Shown one piece after another: positions 10,800 to 20,039 of a DNA stretch of 64,000 nucleotides. Below the pieces are notes generated by a model. That model was not told the DNA's origin, did no database searches, and saw only the letters and a list, made by a program, of their open reading frames with translations. The position numbers were made by a program, and so were the translations under genes. This DNA comes from an uncultured Haloferacaceae archaeon (lineage in GTDB: Archaea; Halobacteriota; Halobacteria; Halobacteriales; Haloferacaceae), in assembly GCA_964503105.1 (NCBI GenBank), contig CAZCYW010000006.1, positions 15,276 through 79,275 on the forward strand, written 5' to 3'. Position 1 is the stretch's first letter. The number at the start of each line of letters is the position of its first letter.

Positions 10800-11288
10800 A
10801 TGACGCTGGTTGTTCCATTTGATGGACGCACGCTGTCGAAGGTCGCCCTGCTCCGTGCGGTACAGTTCGATTCGGTATTTGCCACTGGAATCACCGCCGT
10901 AACGGTCATCCCACAGAACAATACCGACTATGCACGGGCGCGCGGCTGGCTCGGCCCGACAGCGTCGTTCGATACCGAAGCAATTGTCGAGCACCTAACG
11001 GCAACAATCACCGAGATTGCCCCCAATGCCACTGTCGAGCAGATTTTCGTGGGACGAGATGCCCCATCGGGGACAATCGGCAACCGACTCCGACGGTTTG
11101 CCCGTGACGTCGAAGCAAGCATCGTTTTTGTCGGAAGCGAAAACGCGGGCCGACTGGTAAGCACGCTCAGTGTCGGCTCGGCAGTCTCCAGTGAACGAAG
11201 CTACGATACGATGATTATTTCGCACGTTGGCCCCTCGAAAATCGAGGAACTCGAACGGGTTCGCCCAACAAGCGACGCCGTTGAATAA
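10800..11288 (+). CDS. universal stress protein (UspA family)
   Basis: ORF 10749-11288; likely start at the internal ATG 10800 (MTLVVPFDG...); Usp alpha/beta fold pattern. Confidence 0.55.
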   Translation: MTLVVPFDGRTLSKVALLRAVQFDSVFATGITAVTVIPQNNTDYARARGWLGPTASFDTEAIVEHLTATITEIAPNATVEQIFVGRDAPSGTIGNRLRRFARDVEASIVFVGSENAGRLVSTLSVGSAVSSERSYDTMIISHVGPSKIEELERVRPTSDAVE

Positions 11289-11394
11289 TCAGTGTCGACA
11301 CCGGGAAGAACCAGTAGCACACCCCCAGTGAATCGCGGCAGAACTGTCGTTGAGGACAACAGCTAAGTGAGTGACACACGTTACCATAAACCGT

Positions 11395-11577
11395 ATGGCC
11401 TCAGCAGAGATTGCAGACGACGAGCTGTTCGATCAGTTTCTTTCGGCAACCGGTCACGAGACGGAACCGGCTGGCTGGGATCACTCGTATAACAAAAAGC
11501 AGTGTCCCGAATGCGGTGGAATTCACGATGCGGAAGCACAATCCTGTGCCGTCTGTGGCTGGTTCCCCGGCCGGTAA
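11395..11577 (+). CDS. small zinc-ribbon protein (CPxCG-type)
   Basis: 60-68 aa; C-x-E-C-G ... C-A-V-C-G pair typical of haloarchaeal small zinc-finger proteins; sits upstream of the helicase. Confidence 0.4.
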   Translation: MASAEIADDELFDQFLSATGHETEPAGWDHSYNKKQCPECGGIHDAEAQSCAVCGWFPGR

Positions 11578-11697
11578 CCGGCCGTTCGCTTTTTTCGATT
11601 GAGACGACATGGCGGTCACCGATGAGACAAGCCACACTCGACGAGTGTCAGCCGAAGTCACGTCGTTTATCACAGGGGAGCCCCTGTAGGTGGTACA

Positions 11698-13575
11698 ATG
11701 AGTACCACGGACGTGCAGATCACCCGCCTCTTCGGTGGCCCCGGAAGCGGGAAAACAACGGCACTCCTCGACCGCGTCGAGACGATTCTCGAGGCAGATG
11801 ATATCGAACCCCGCGACATCCTCGTTGTCTCGTACACCCGCGCTGCAGCCGCCGAGATTCGCGAACGACTCGCAGAACGGCTCGATACAACCCCTCGCGC
11901 CCTCCAAGGCAACGTCTGTACCATGCACGCGAAAGCCTACGAACTGCTCAATCTCTCGCGTGGGGACGTTGTCGGTGAAAAACAAAAAGAGGCCTTCTGC
12001 GAGGAGTACGGCATCGAGTACGAAGACGAGTACAAGAGTGGTGGCCGCCGGACAGCGCGGTCGACGACGATTGGAAACAAGATTATTGCGACCAGCCAGT
12101 GGCTCCAACGGACCCGCCGAGAGGTTTCCGACTGGTACGATGTCCCGTTCCAGTGGAACGTCGAGGAAGTTCGACTCCCACCAGAGATCGACCCCAACGC
12201 CCAAGAGGGCAACAAATATACCCCGACGTGGACGGCTGACGACGACCGAGTCGATATTCCCGAGGCAATCAGAGCCTGGCGCGCCTACAAGGGCGAACAC
12301 GGGCTGGTCGGCTTTGCCGACATGCTCGAACGAGTCAAACAACGGTCGCTGTTGCCAAACGTTGAGTACCTCGTCATCGACGAGTTTCAGGATATTACGA
12401 CACTCCAGTACGATATTTTCGAGGAGTGGAAGCCACACATGAAGCAGGTGCTGATCGCCGGCGATGACGACCAGGTCGTCTACGCGTGGCAGGGGGCCGA
12501 CCCAAACTTGTTGCTCGATGCCGAGCGTGACGAAGATGTCGTCCTTCCGAACTCCTACCGACTGCCGTCGCGCATTCTCAACGTCGTCAACCGCGAAATT
12601 CGGCATATCGAGAAACGACAAGAAAAGGATCTCAAACCCCGCAAAGAAGGCGGTGTCGTCGAAGGCGTCGAAAACGCCTCGATTCTCGAACTCGTCAGAA
12701 ACGTCCGGTATACCGTCCAAGAAGACAGCGGAAGCGTCATGGTGTTGTTCCGTGCGCGCTATCAGCTGTTTCAGTTCATCGAGGAGTTTGTCAACGAAGG
12801 CATTCCGTTCAAAGCACTCACCGACCAGCGGCTTTGGACCGACCGGCTCACCAACTATATTCGCGCGGTCGAAGCCTACGACAGCGGCGAGCCACTGACA
12901 CTCTTAGAAGGCCGTCGGCTCGCAGATATGCTCCAGAGTTCGACCTTTGGGTCGAACGAGCGCGATGAGTTCTATGACTTCCTTGATTCGCTCGAAGAGG
13001 ACGCCGAGACCGATGATCTCGCCGAAATCGAACTCGATCCCGAGGATGTCAAACGGTTTGCGCCGTTCATGCCCGATCCGACCGCCGCAAGCGACATGGT
13101 CCGGAAGGTCACGAGTTTCCAGCGCAAATCCATTGATTCGTACTTTGACGGCGATTATGCCGGCTTAGACCCGAATACCGTCCGTGTCGGGACAATCCAC
13201 TCCGCGAAGGGTCGGGAGGCCGACCACGTCTTCGTCGGTACCGATCTGACTGAAAAGGTCGTCGAGCAGATGGCCGCGACTGTGTCGGGACACGAAGAGA
13301 CCCCGGCAGGCGACGAGACAGCCGACGACGAGGATGAATTCACCAAACGGACGAATCCGGTTCCGCTGTTGACCGACAACGAGCGGCGGGTGTTCTACGT
13401 CGGGATGAGTCGTGCGAGAGAACGGCTCGTGCTGCTTGAGAACCTCATCGATGGCGCACCAACCGTCCCGATTAGCGTCCTGTTGCACAACGAAATCCGT
13501 GATGAACCACTCGAAGAATTGCTCGAAGCCGCCCAAGAGCCGGCACCAGCGGGAGCCCCAGAACCCGAGCCGTGA
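11698..13575 (+). CDS. UvrD/Rep-family superfamily-1 DNA helicase
   Basis: 625 aa; Walker A GGPGSGKTT, DEFQD Walker B, UvrD-type motifs III-VI (TIHSAKGREADHVF, VGMSRARERL). Confidence 0.8.
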   Translation: MSTTDVQITRLFGGPGSGKTTALLDRVETILEADDIEPRDILVVSYTRAAAAEIRERLAERLDTTPRALQGNVCTMHAKAYELLNLSRGDVVGEKQKEAFCEEYGIEYEDEYKSGGRRTARSTTIGNKIIATSQWLQRTRREVSDWYDVPFQWNVEEVRLPPEIDPNAQEGNKYTPTWTADDDRVDIPEAIRAWRAYKGEHGLVGFADMLERVKQRSLLPNVEYLVIDEFQDITTLQYDIFEEWKPHMKQVLIAGDDDQVVYAWQGADPNLLLDAERDEDVVLPNSYRLPSRILNVVNREIRHIEKRQEKDLKPRKEGGVVEGVENASILELVRNVRYTVQEDSGSVMVLFRARYQLFQFIEEFVNEGIPFKALTDQRLWTDRLTNYIRAVEAYDSGEPLTLLEGRRLADMLQSSTFGSNERDEFYDFLDSLEEDAETDDLAEIELDPEDVKRFAPFMPDPTAASDMVRKVTSFQRKSIDSYFDGDYAGLDPNTVRVGTIHSAKGREADHVFVGTDLTEKVVEQMAATVSGHEETPAGDETADDEDEFTKRTNPVPLLTDNERRVFYVGMSRARERLVLLENLIDGAPTVPISVLLHNEIRDEPLEELLEAAQEPAPAGAPEPEP

Positions 13576-14909
13576 ACGGAGTGTCGGGGTCGCCACCCGA
13601 AGCGCCGCCGCAGCCGACGGCGACAGCGAGTCTGGCTGCGGTTGCCGAGGCTGTCTTCGGTACAGCCGGTGACACTACAGACAGCCAACCCACCAGAGAC
13701 AGTCAGCCGGTCGGATTCGTCCACGTTGGGCGGGACGACGCAGACAGTCGGTATCTGACACGGGCGGCCCATACAGACAGCGAGACGGCCGTGGTGATCC
13801 TACCAGCAGCGGCGACTGAGGCCGACTGGACGGTTGCAACGTACTGTCTGTCAGCCACCGATCATCCCGGCTCTGCGGCCGCGTTCGAGACCGAACTCGG
13901 TGAGATCGACCTGAGTGAGACCGAACTCAAGGGGCGGGTTGACCGTCGGCCACCGGCGACCGCGACCGGCCCACAGGTCGTCTCAGCGTTGGCCGACCAG
14001 CTTTCGACTCCCGGCGCGGGGATTCTTTTTGTTCCGCGGTACCTTCCACATGATGCGGCCGTGCTGTTAGAACAGGCGGGCTATGAGTTACGGTCGACAC
14101 CGGCACTCACGACCGCTCGGAGCCGGAAAACACGCATCGAACGCGACCGTCTCCGGGCTGTCCAGCAGGCCACGGCCCAAGGAATGGATCGAGCCATGTC
14201 GGTACTGGCAGGCTGCGATATCGGGCCAGGGCAGGTCATAAGTGACGAACAGCCGCTCTCGGATCGGCAGCTCGGTGCCGAGATTCGGCTCGAACTCGCT
14301 CAGGCCGGGGTTGTCGCTGAAACGATTCGTGTGCAGCCGACTGGAAACAGCCAGTCACGCACCCAGTCATCGCCAACACCGCTTCCGGTTGGAGTCCCAC
14401 TCGTCCTCGACATCAGGGCTCGCGGGCCAGCGGACTACTGTGGCCGGCGCACACAGACAGTCGTCGTCGACAGCGACGGCGGCTGGGACCGACGCGCCTA
14501 CATCGCCGCGCAAGCGGGAATAAATGCCGCGCTCAGCCACTGTGCGCCGGGTGAATCAGTACACACCGTTCGACGAGAGGCGGTCGCCGAAACCGCCGCC
14601 TACGGCTTTTCGCCGGCCGGAATGGACGAGACGACGAGTCAATCGCCCAAAACGACCGGCTCAGCCGCGCCACCCGACGAACCGGTCGGCGCGAGCGCCG
14701 TCGTCCACGGAATCGGCCTCTCGAGGCACGAAGCACCCAGCGCTGACGACGACGGCAAACTACGAGAGGGATCGACGCTCGCCATCGAGACCTCGGTCGT
14801 CGAGCCGGCGTACGGTGCGATCCGACTCTGTCGACTACTCGAAGTCACCGAGGACGGTGGGAAGTGGCTCACTGATCGCGAATATTCGTTGACACCGAGC
14901 AGCCCCTAA
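13572..14909 (+). CDS. M24-like (creatinase/prolidase fold) protein, divergent
   Basis: 445 aa; start overlaps the helicase stop by 4 nt; creatinase-N-like N-half, pita-bread C-half with HGIGLSRHE and ETS/EVTEDG candidate metal ligands; several low-complexity insertions. Confidence 0.5.
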   Translation: MNGVSGSPPEAPPQPTATASLAAVAEAVFGTAGDTTDSQPTRDSQPVGFVHVGRDDADSRYLTRAAHTDSETAVVILPAAATEADWTVATYCLSATDHPGSAAAFETELGEIDLSETELKGRVDRRPPATATGPQVVSALADQLSTPGAGILFVPRYLPHDAAVLLEQAGYELRSTPALTTARSRKTRIERDRLRAVQQATAQGMDRAMSVLAGCDIGPGQVISDEQPLSDRQLGAEIRLELAQAGVVAETIRVQPTGNSQSRTQSSPTPLPVGVPLVLDIRARGPADYCGRRTQTVVVDSDGGWDRRAYIAAQAGINAALSHCAPGESVHTVRREAVAETAAYGFSPAGMDETTSQSPKTTGSAAPPDEPVGASAVVHGIGLSRHEAPSADDDGKLREGSTLAIETSVVEPAYGAIRLCRLLEVTEDGGKWLTDREYSLTPSSP

Positions 14910-14977
14910 TCAGCCAGTGACGAAATTGCGGCCGAGCCGCCGCAAGTCGGTCGAAACTGGCAGACGAGCCGCAATCA

Positions 14978-15247
14978 CTACTGGTTTGGTGGCTGGTCGT
15001 TGTCGGTCACGGAGGGTTCCTCACTGCGAAGCCGCTGGGGAAGCAGCCCCCCAACGAGTTTTCGCATGATCGTTTTTGGATCCATGAAATAGTGTGGGAT
15101 GAGGACCATTGCGATTGCGACGACGATGAGCCCACCGCCCATGAGCGTCTCGCCGGCAATGAGCCGGTTGACGCCGAAGTTCGCGACCGGTATCGCAAAA
15201 ATGAGCGTTGCGGCCAGCCCGATCATATCGACAATCCCCAGTTTCAT
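14978..15247 (-). CDS. small membrane protein (2 predicted TM)
   Basis: 89 aa with two hydrophobic helices and a charged C-terminus. Confidence 0.4.
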   Translation of the reverse strand: MKLGIVDMIGLAATLIFAIPVANFGVNRLIAGETLMGGGLIVVAIAMVLIPHYFMDPKTIMRKLVGGLLPQRLRSEEPSVTDNDQPPNQ

Positions 15248-15367
15248 CGCCTCCTTCTACCGGCTACCGGAATAAAAATACGCCGTCAGCAGCGCGGCTT
15301 AGGACTGCGTTCCGGTAAGCCCCACGCGAGTCACAACGGCTTTTTGTCCCAGTCGCCTTTTTCCGCT

Positions 15368-15982
15368 ATGTTTACCGGCATTGTCGAAACCGCAGGCGAG
15401 ATTGTCGCCGTGACCGAGGACGAGGGCGGCCGCCGGCTACGAATCCAGGCGGCAGGACTCAATGACCTCCACCATGGCCAGTCGATTTCCGTCAGTGGTG
15501 TCTGTCTGACAGTCGAGGAGTTTGGGCCTGATGAGAACGAAACTTCCTCAGCGGACTGGTTTTCGGTCTTTCTGGCCGCCGAGACCGTCGAAAAAACCTA
15601 TTTAGGCGAGGTTGCCGTCGGCGACCGGGTCAATATCGAACGGGCGATGGCCGCCGACGGCCGGTTTGATGGCCACGTCGTCCAGGGCCATGTCGATACG
15701 GTAACCACAGTGAGTGCGGTCGACCAAGTCGGCGACGACTGGCGGTTTCGGTTCGACCTTCCAGCCGAGCACGAGCAGTATATTGTCGATAAGGGCTCGA
15801 TCTGTCTCGACGGGATTTCACTGACAGTTGCCTCGATTGACCGGGACGCCGGCCGGTTCGAGGTAGCGATTATTCCGACAACCTACGAACTCACCACACT
15901 CAGCGAGAAGGCCGCCGGCGACCCGGTCCACGTCGAGGTCGATGTGATTGCGAAATACGTCGAAAATATGCTCGACGGCTAG
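15368..15982 (+). CDS. riboflavin synthase (alpha chain, bacterial type)
   Basis: MFTGIVE... N-terminus and internal duplicated lumazine-binding half-sites (VSGVCLTV / DGISLTV); ATG 15368 within the longer ORF 15092-15982. Confidence 0.8.
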   Translation: MFTGIVETAGEIVAVTEDEGGRRLRIQAAGLNDLHHGQSISVSGVCLTVEEFGPDENETSSADWFSVFLAAETVEKTYLGEVAVGDRVNIERAMAADGRFDGHVVQGHVDTVTTVSAVDQVGDDWRFRFDLPAEHEQYIVDKGSICLDGISLTVASIDRDAGRFEVAIIPTTYELTTLSEKAAGDPVHVEVDVIAKYVENMLDG

Positions 15983-16003
15983 AGGGCCACGACCAACTGA
16001 TCG

Positions 16004-17056
16004 CTACTGTGGCTGTTCGGAGATGTAGCCTTTTCGGCACTCCGGACAGATATCTCCGGCCCGCATCGAAGAGTTCCCCGAGACACGAGTAAAGCCACAC
16101 TCTGGGCAGAAAAATTCGGTCGCAATATCGTCGACGGTCGGTTCATAGACCGGCGCGTCGTCAGCGCGGGTAAATAGCATCTCGTCGTCGTCAGTTGTGA
16201 GCGCCGAGACGCCCGGTTCGGCTCCTTCTGCATCAGTGATTTCAGGTGTAAAGCCACCGCCAAACGTAATCTCATCTGACCGTTCATCGAGCGGTGATTC
16301 CGCATCGAATCCAGTGTCTTCGCCCGCCTGTTCGGGCCAGGGTGTCGGCGTGTCTTCGGCCTCCGGTGTTTCCTCGTAGTCGGGCCACTCGCCAGGTTCT
16401 CGCTCACCGGCTTCGGACTGTTCGTTCGGGAGGATAATGCCATCGTCGGCGGCCGCTGGCTCGGGTTCTGACGGCTCGGCAGTATCGGCGTCGGCTACCG
16501 CTGATTCGTCGGCCGACCCAGTAGCGCCATCGCTGTCGACAGTGGCGACAGTATCGGCAGCATCGCCGACAGTGTCAGCAGCATCGGCGGAGCCAGCGAC
16601 AGCAGTCGAGGATGGTGCCGTCCCGTCGGCCGCCGGACCGGCTGGCTCGTCGGTCAAAATCTCCGCGTCTTCGGTTGTCGGGATCTCGTCATCGATGGTG
16701 ATCCCCGGCCCAGAAGCCTGTTCGGCTGATTGGTCGGCCGCCGAGGCAGTAGTCTCCGCCGGTGACGACGCCGGAGTCGACTCGTCGAAGGCCGTCTCGG
16801 CGGGTTCTGGCTCGGTGTTCGCAGTCTTGGACGTCGCGTGCGCGTCGTCCGCGGTGGGAGGTGCGGTAGCTGCGGTGGCGGTTAGCTGCTCGATTGAGGT
16901 GACCTCTTTGTTTTCGCTTACAACCTGCGTAGCCCCACACCGTCGGCAGGTTTTGACCTCGCTGACGGTGATAATTACTTCATCTCCCTGTTCTTCACGT
17001 TCGCGGTTGAGTTCGGGCTCGCCAAAATCGTGGCCGAGCAGACACCGGAGTCCCAT
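16004..17056 (-). CDS. acidic protein with N- and C-terminal zinc-ribbons and ~250-aa disordered D/E/T/A-rich linker
   Basis: 350 aa; CxxC-type ribbons at both ends (C..H..CRRCG; CPECG...CPEC) flanking a low-complexity acidic region. Confidence 0.5.
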   Translation of the reverse strand: MGLRCLLGHDFGEPELNREREEQGDEVIITVSEVKTCRRCGATQVVSENKEVTSIEQLTATAATAPPTADDAHATSKTANTEPEPAETAFDESTPASSPAETTASAADQSAEQASGPGITIDDEIPTTEDAEILTDEPAGPAADGTAPSSTAVAGSADAADTVGDAADTVATVDSDGATGSADESAVADADTAEPSEPEPAAADDGIILPNEQSEAGEREPGEWPDYEETPEAEDTPTPWPEQAGEDTGFDAESPLDERSDEITFGGGFTPEITDAEGAEPGVSALTTDDDEMLFTRADDAPVYEPTVDDIATEFFCPECGFTRVSGNSSMRAGDICPECRKGYISEQPQ

Positions 17057-17107
17057 TAGGCGACATACCGATTTACACGCCTAAAAGCTACTCCCTCTGT
17101 CTGCCGC

Positions 17108-17545
17108 TTGTCTGACGCCGAGGAACACCATAACGTTCGAGCGACCACCGCGCTTGCAGAGGGTTTTCAGTATCACTGGTTTGGCGAGCGAACCGACACG
17201 CCGGTACATGTAAATCCATACCGGTTGTTAGTGATGGCTATGGGAGCAAAGCCCGAGTATCGGGACCGGCCGGCCGTCGAGGTGGCGATTCTTGACGCAC
17301 TTGTCGACCGCCCCGGCAAGGGGATGACGGTTCTCGAACTCCGGGCGGTTGTTGATACGGATATCGATCGGATCGAAACCGCACTGTCAACGCTCAAAAA
17401 CGACGGGCTGATTACCATCGAAAACGGCGGTGGCTCCGTCCGAATTCGGCCGGCCGACCGGGTCGTTCCCGAACCGGGTGATGATGATGAGGGCCAGTCA
17501 ACACGGAGTCTCCTGTCGATTCTTCGGGAGCGACTTGGGCTGTGA
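17108..17545 (+). CDS. winged-helix (MarR/ArsR-like) DNA-binding protein
   Basis: 145 aa; wHTH-like segment (AILDALVDRPGKGMTVLELRAVV...LKNDGLI). Confidence 0.45.
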   Translation: MSDAEEHHNVRATTALAEGFQYHWFGERTDTPVHVNPYRLLVMAMGAKPEYRDRPAVEVAILDALVDRPGKGMTVLELRAVVDTDIDRIETALSTLKNDGLITIENGGGSVRIRPADRVVPEPGDDDEGQSTRSLLSILRERLGL

Positions 17546-17645
17546 CTCGCAAGCGACGTGAGAAATAACCGAGACGCACACAGTCACTTCGAGACCGACC
17601 GCGGAGGCGTCGCTGTTTTACTGTCAGGGCTGCTCTGGTTCGCTA

Positions 17646-18737
17646 ATGACACTTGTTGGAGCCCACCACCGCGAGCTCGGAGCGGAGTATATCGAACGAG
17701 ACGGCCGGCCGGCAGTCGGCCACTATGGCCGGCCAACAGTCGCCCACCGTGCGGTTCGAAACGGCGTCGGCGTCATCGAAATGGGCTATGGAATCGTCTC
17801 GCTCACCGGCGAAGACCGGGTCGAATACGTCGATAATATCGTCTCGAACCGGGTTCCAGATACCGATGGCGTGGGCTGTTACAGCCTTATTTTGGATCCA
17901 CAGGGCCGGATCGAAACCGACTGCTACATCTACAATGCCGGCGAGCGACTGCTCTTGTTCGTTCCGCCGACACGGGCCGACGAGCTCGTTGCCGACTGGT
18001 CGGACAAAATCTTCATTCAAGATGTCGAGATACGCGATGTCTCGGGCGAGTTCGGCGTCTTCGGCGTTCACGGCCCGATGGCGACCGAGAAAGTCGCCTC
18101 CGTGCTCAACCATGCGGGAGCCCCGGAACCGGAACTCCACTTCGTTCGTGGCTCGATGGCTGACTCCGGCGTGACGGTCGTTGCCAGCGACAATCCGACC
18201 GGCGAGGAGGGCTATGAGGTCATCTGTGGAGCCGATGACGCGCCAAATGTTTTTGATACACTGCTCAACCGCGGGCTCAACGCCGCCCCGTTCGGCTACC
18301 AAACGTTCGATTCGTTGACCCTTGAGGCGGGGACGCCACTGTTCGATTCCGAACTCAGTGGCGAGATTCCAAACACGCTCGGACTTCGGCACGCGCTTGA
18401 TTTCGAGAAGGGCTGTTATGTCGGCCAGGAGGTCGTCTCGAAGGTCGAAAATCGGGGCCAGCCAAGCAAGCGACTCCGTGGGCTCCGAACCGAGAAACTG
18501 GTGGCTGCCGGCGACACCGTTGTCGTCGATGGCCGTGAGCGGGGCCGGATTACGCGAGCCATCGAGAGCCCCTCGCTCGACGAACCGATTGCGCTCGCGT
18601 TTGTCTCCACAGACGCCGCCGAGGAGCCACTCGTGGTCGATACCGACCGTAGTGAGACATCAGTTGGGGCCGAACAGCGCGACCTTCCATTTGTTGCGGG
18701 CAGTGCGAAGTCGCTCCGACTCCCGAGCTACCAGTAG
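17646..18737 (+). CDS. aminomethyltransferase-family folate-binding protein (GcvT/YgfZ-like)
   Basis: 363 aa; GcvT-like fold signatures (LTGEDRVEY, barrel C-terminal domain). Confidence 0.65.
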   Translation: MTLVGAHHRELGAEYIERDGRPAVGHYGRPTVAHRAVRNGVGVIEMGYGIVSLTGEDRVEYVDNIVSNRVPDTDGVGCYSLILDPQGRIETDCYIYNAGERLLLFVPPTRADELVADWSDKIFIQDVEIRDVSGEFGVFGVHGPMATEKVASVLNHAGAPEPELHFVRGSMADSGVTVVASDNPTGEEGYEVICGADDAPNVFDTLLNRGLNAAPFGYQTFDSLTLEAGTPLFDSELSGEIPNTLGLRHALDFEKGCYVGQEVVSKVENRGQPSKRLRGLRTEKLVAAGDTVVVDGRERGRITRAIESPSLDEPIALAFVSTDAAEEPLVVDTDRSETSVGAEQRDLPFVAGSAKSLRLPSYQ

Positions 18738-18784
18738 CCCTCGTTGGCAACCTGATTTATTCGCGTTGCGTCCGTCTGTCAGCT

Positions 18785-19183
18785 ATGGCTCACGATGTCC
18801 CCGAACCCGCCGAGTCGCTCCTGACGTCCGAACCGCTTGTCGCACATCTCGCAACCTGTGTTGAAAAGCGGCCACACGTTGCTCCCGTCTGGTATCTGTG
18901 CGATGATGGAAAACTGAAAATCGTCACCGGCGGCAAAAAGCTCACAAACATCAAACGTAACCCACGGGTTGCCTGCTCGATTGAGAAGTCAGCCGGTGGC
19001 TCCACCGAGTGGATGGTCTCGCTGCTTGGTACGGCAACCGTCATCGATGATGCGGCTGCATTCGCCGAGACGAACCGCCGGATCAACGCAAAATACGGTG
19101 CCTCCGAGGAGGCCTACAGCGAGAATACGTTGGTCAAAATTGAGATCGGTTCTATGAGTGTTCAACGGTACGACGAAGACTGA
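18785..19183 (+). CDS. pyridoxamine 5'-phosphate oxidase-like FMN/F420-binding split-barrel protein
   Basis: 132 aa; PNPOx-like pattern (HVAPVWY...KLKIVTGG). Confidence 0.55.
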   Translation: MAHDVPEPAESLLTSEPLVAHLATCVEKRPHVAPVWYLCDDGKLKIVTGGKKLTNIKRNPRVACSIEKSAGGSTEWMVSLLGTATVIDDAAAFAETNRRINAKYGASEEAYSENTLVKIEIGSMSVQRYDED

Positions 19184-19191
19184 GAAACCAC

Positions 19192-19917
19192 TCAGTTGGC
19201 CGTCGATACCAACGCCCATCGGCTGCTGTTGGCATCATCATTGGTCGTATCGACGGCCTCGATCACGTCGCGTCGGGCCATCTCGGTGAGTACTTCGCCA
19301 ACTCGGTCGGGCTGGGCAATCTCCATTTCGATCCGGTCGATCCCGTGAGATGTTTTCAAACAGCGGCGGATTTCCTCGACGGTGAATTCGGTCTGGTCGG
19401 CCTCGGCCATCGCACCCGAAATCAGATCGATCATGTCCTCGATGAAGTTCCATGGATAAACAACCCAGGTCCAGGTGTCGAGTTTCTCACCGATGAAATC
19501 AGGTTCGAACGCGCTGGTGTCGAGCAGTTGGAGCGTTGCCGTCCGAACCTCCCCGGCGTTTCGGTCGGTCACGTACTCGTAGGCCCGGCTGATCGAGCCG
19601 CCGGTATCGGCAATGTCGTCGATGATGAGCACGTCCTTGCCGGCGACGCTGCCCTCGGGCATTGGATACCGGATCTGGGCTTCTTCGGCCTTGTCGGCCG
19701 CCCCGACGTAGTGTTCCATTTTGAGGCTCGTCAGGTCATCGAGGCCGAGAAAGTCACAGAGACACCGGCCGGCGAACCAGCCGCCGCGGGCCAGCGCGAC
19801 GACGACATCCGGCTCGAAATCGGCGCGCTTGACCTCGTCGCTGACATCCCGGCAGAGCCCGTAGATGTATTCCCAGTTCGTAATCGTGCAGTCGAAATCC
19901 GCTGGTAGCTCACTCAT
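19192..19917 (-). CDS. hpt: hypoxanthine/guanine phosphoribosyltransferase (archaeal two-domain form)
   Basis: 241 aa; PRPP-binding motif VLIIDDIADTGGS. Confidence 0.7.
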   Translation of the reverse strand: MSELPADFDCTITNWEYIYGLCRDVSDEVKRADFEPDVVVALARGGWFAGRCLCDFLGLDDLTSLKMEHYVGAADKAEEAQIRYPMPEGSVAGKDVLIIDDIADTGGSISRAYEYVTDRNAGEVRTATLQLLDTSAFEPDFIGEKLDTWTWVVYPWNFIEDMIDLISGAMAEADQTEFTVEEIRRCLKTSHGIDRIEMEIAQPDRVGEVLTEMARRDVIEAVDTTNDDANSSRWALVSTAN

Positions 19918-20039
19918 CGGCTGATAGTCACCTATAACGACCGCAGGGTGACTGGAATCTTAAACGGGAGGGAAAGACAGCTACCGATCCGAGAAAGACA
20001 CCCACAGATTTAGGGCGTCGTGTCGTCTCTGCGGGACGT

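Noticed and set aside
11401-12720. 439-aa minus-strand ORF
   Set aside because: Antisense to the UvrD-like helicase, which has clear Walker A/B and helicase motifs. Long shadow ORFs are expected in 65% GC DNA.
15092-15367. 5' extension of the riboflavin synthase ORF (MWDEDHCDCDDDE...)
   Set aside because: Riboflavin synthases begin at the conserved MFTGI(V/I)E. The extension is low-complexity and overlaps the upstream minus-strand small membrane gene, so the start is set at ATG 15368.
17643-18392. 249-aa minus-strand ORF
   Set aside because: Antisense to the GcvT/YgfZ-like gene, which carries recognisable family motifs.
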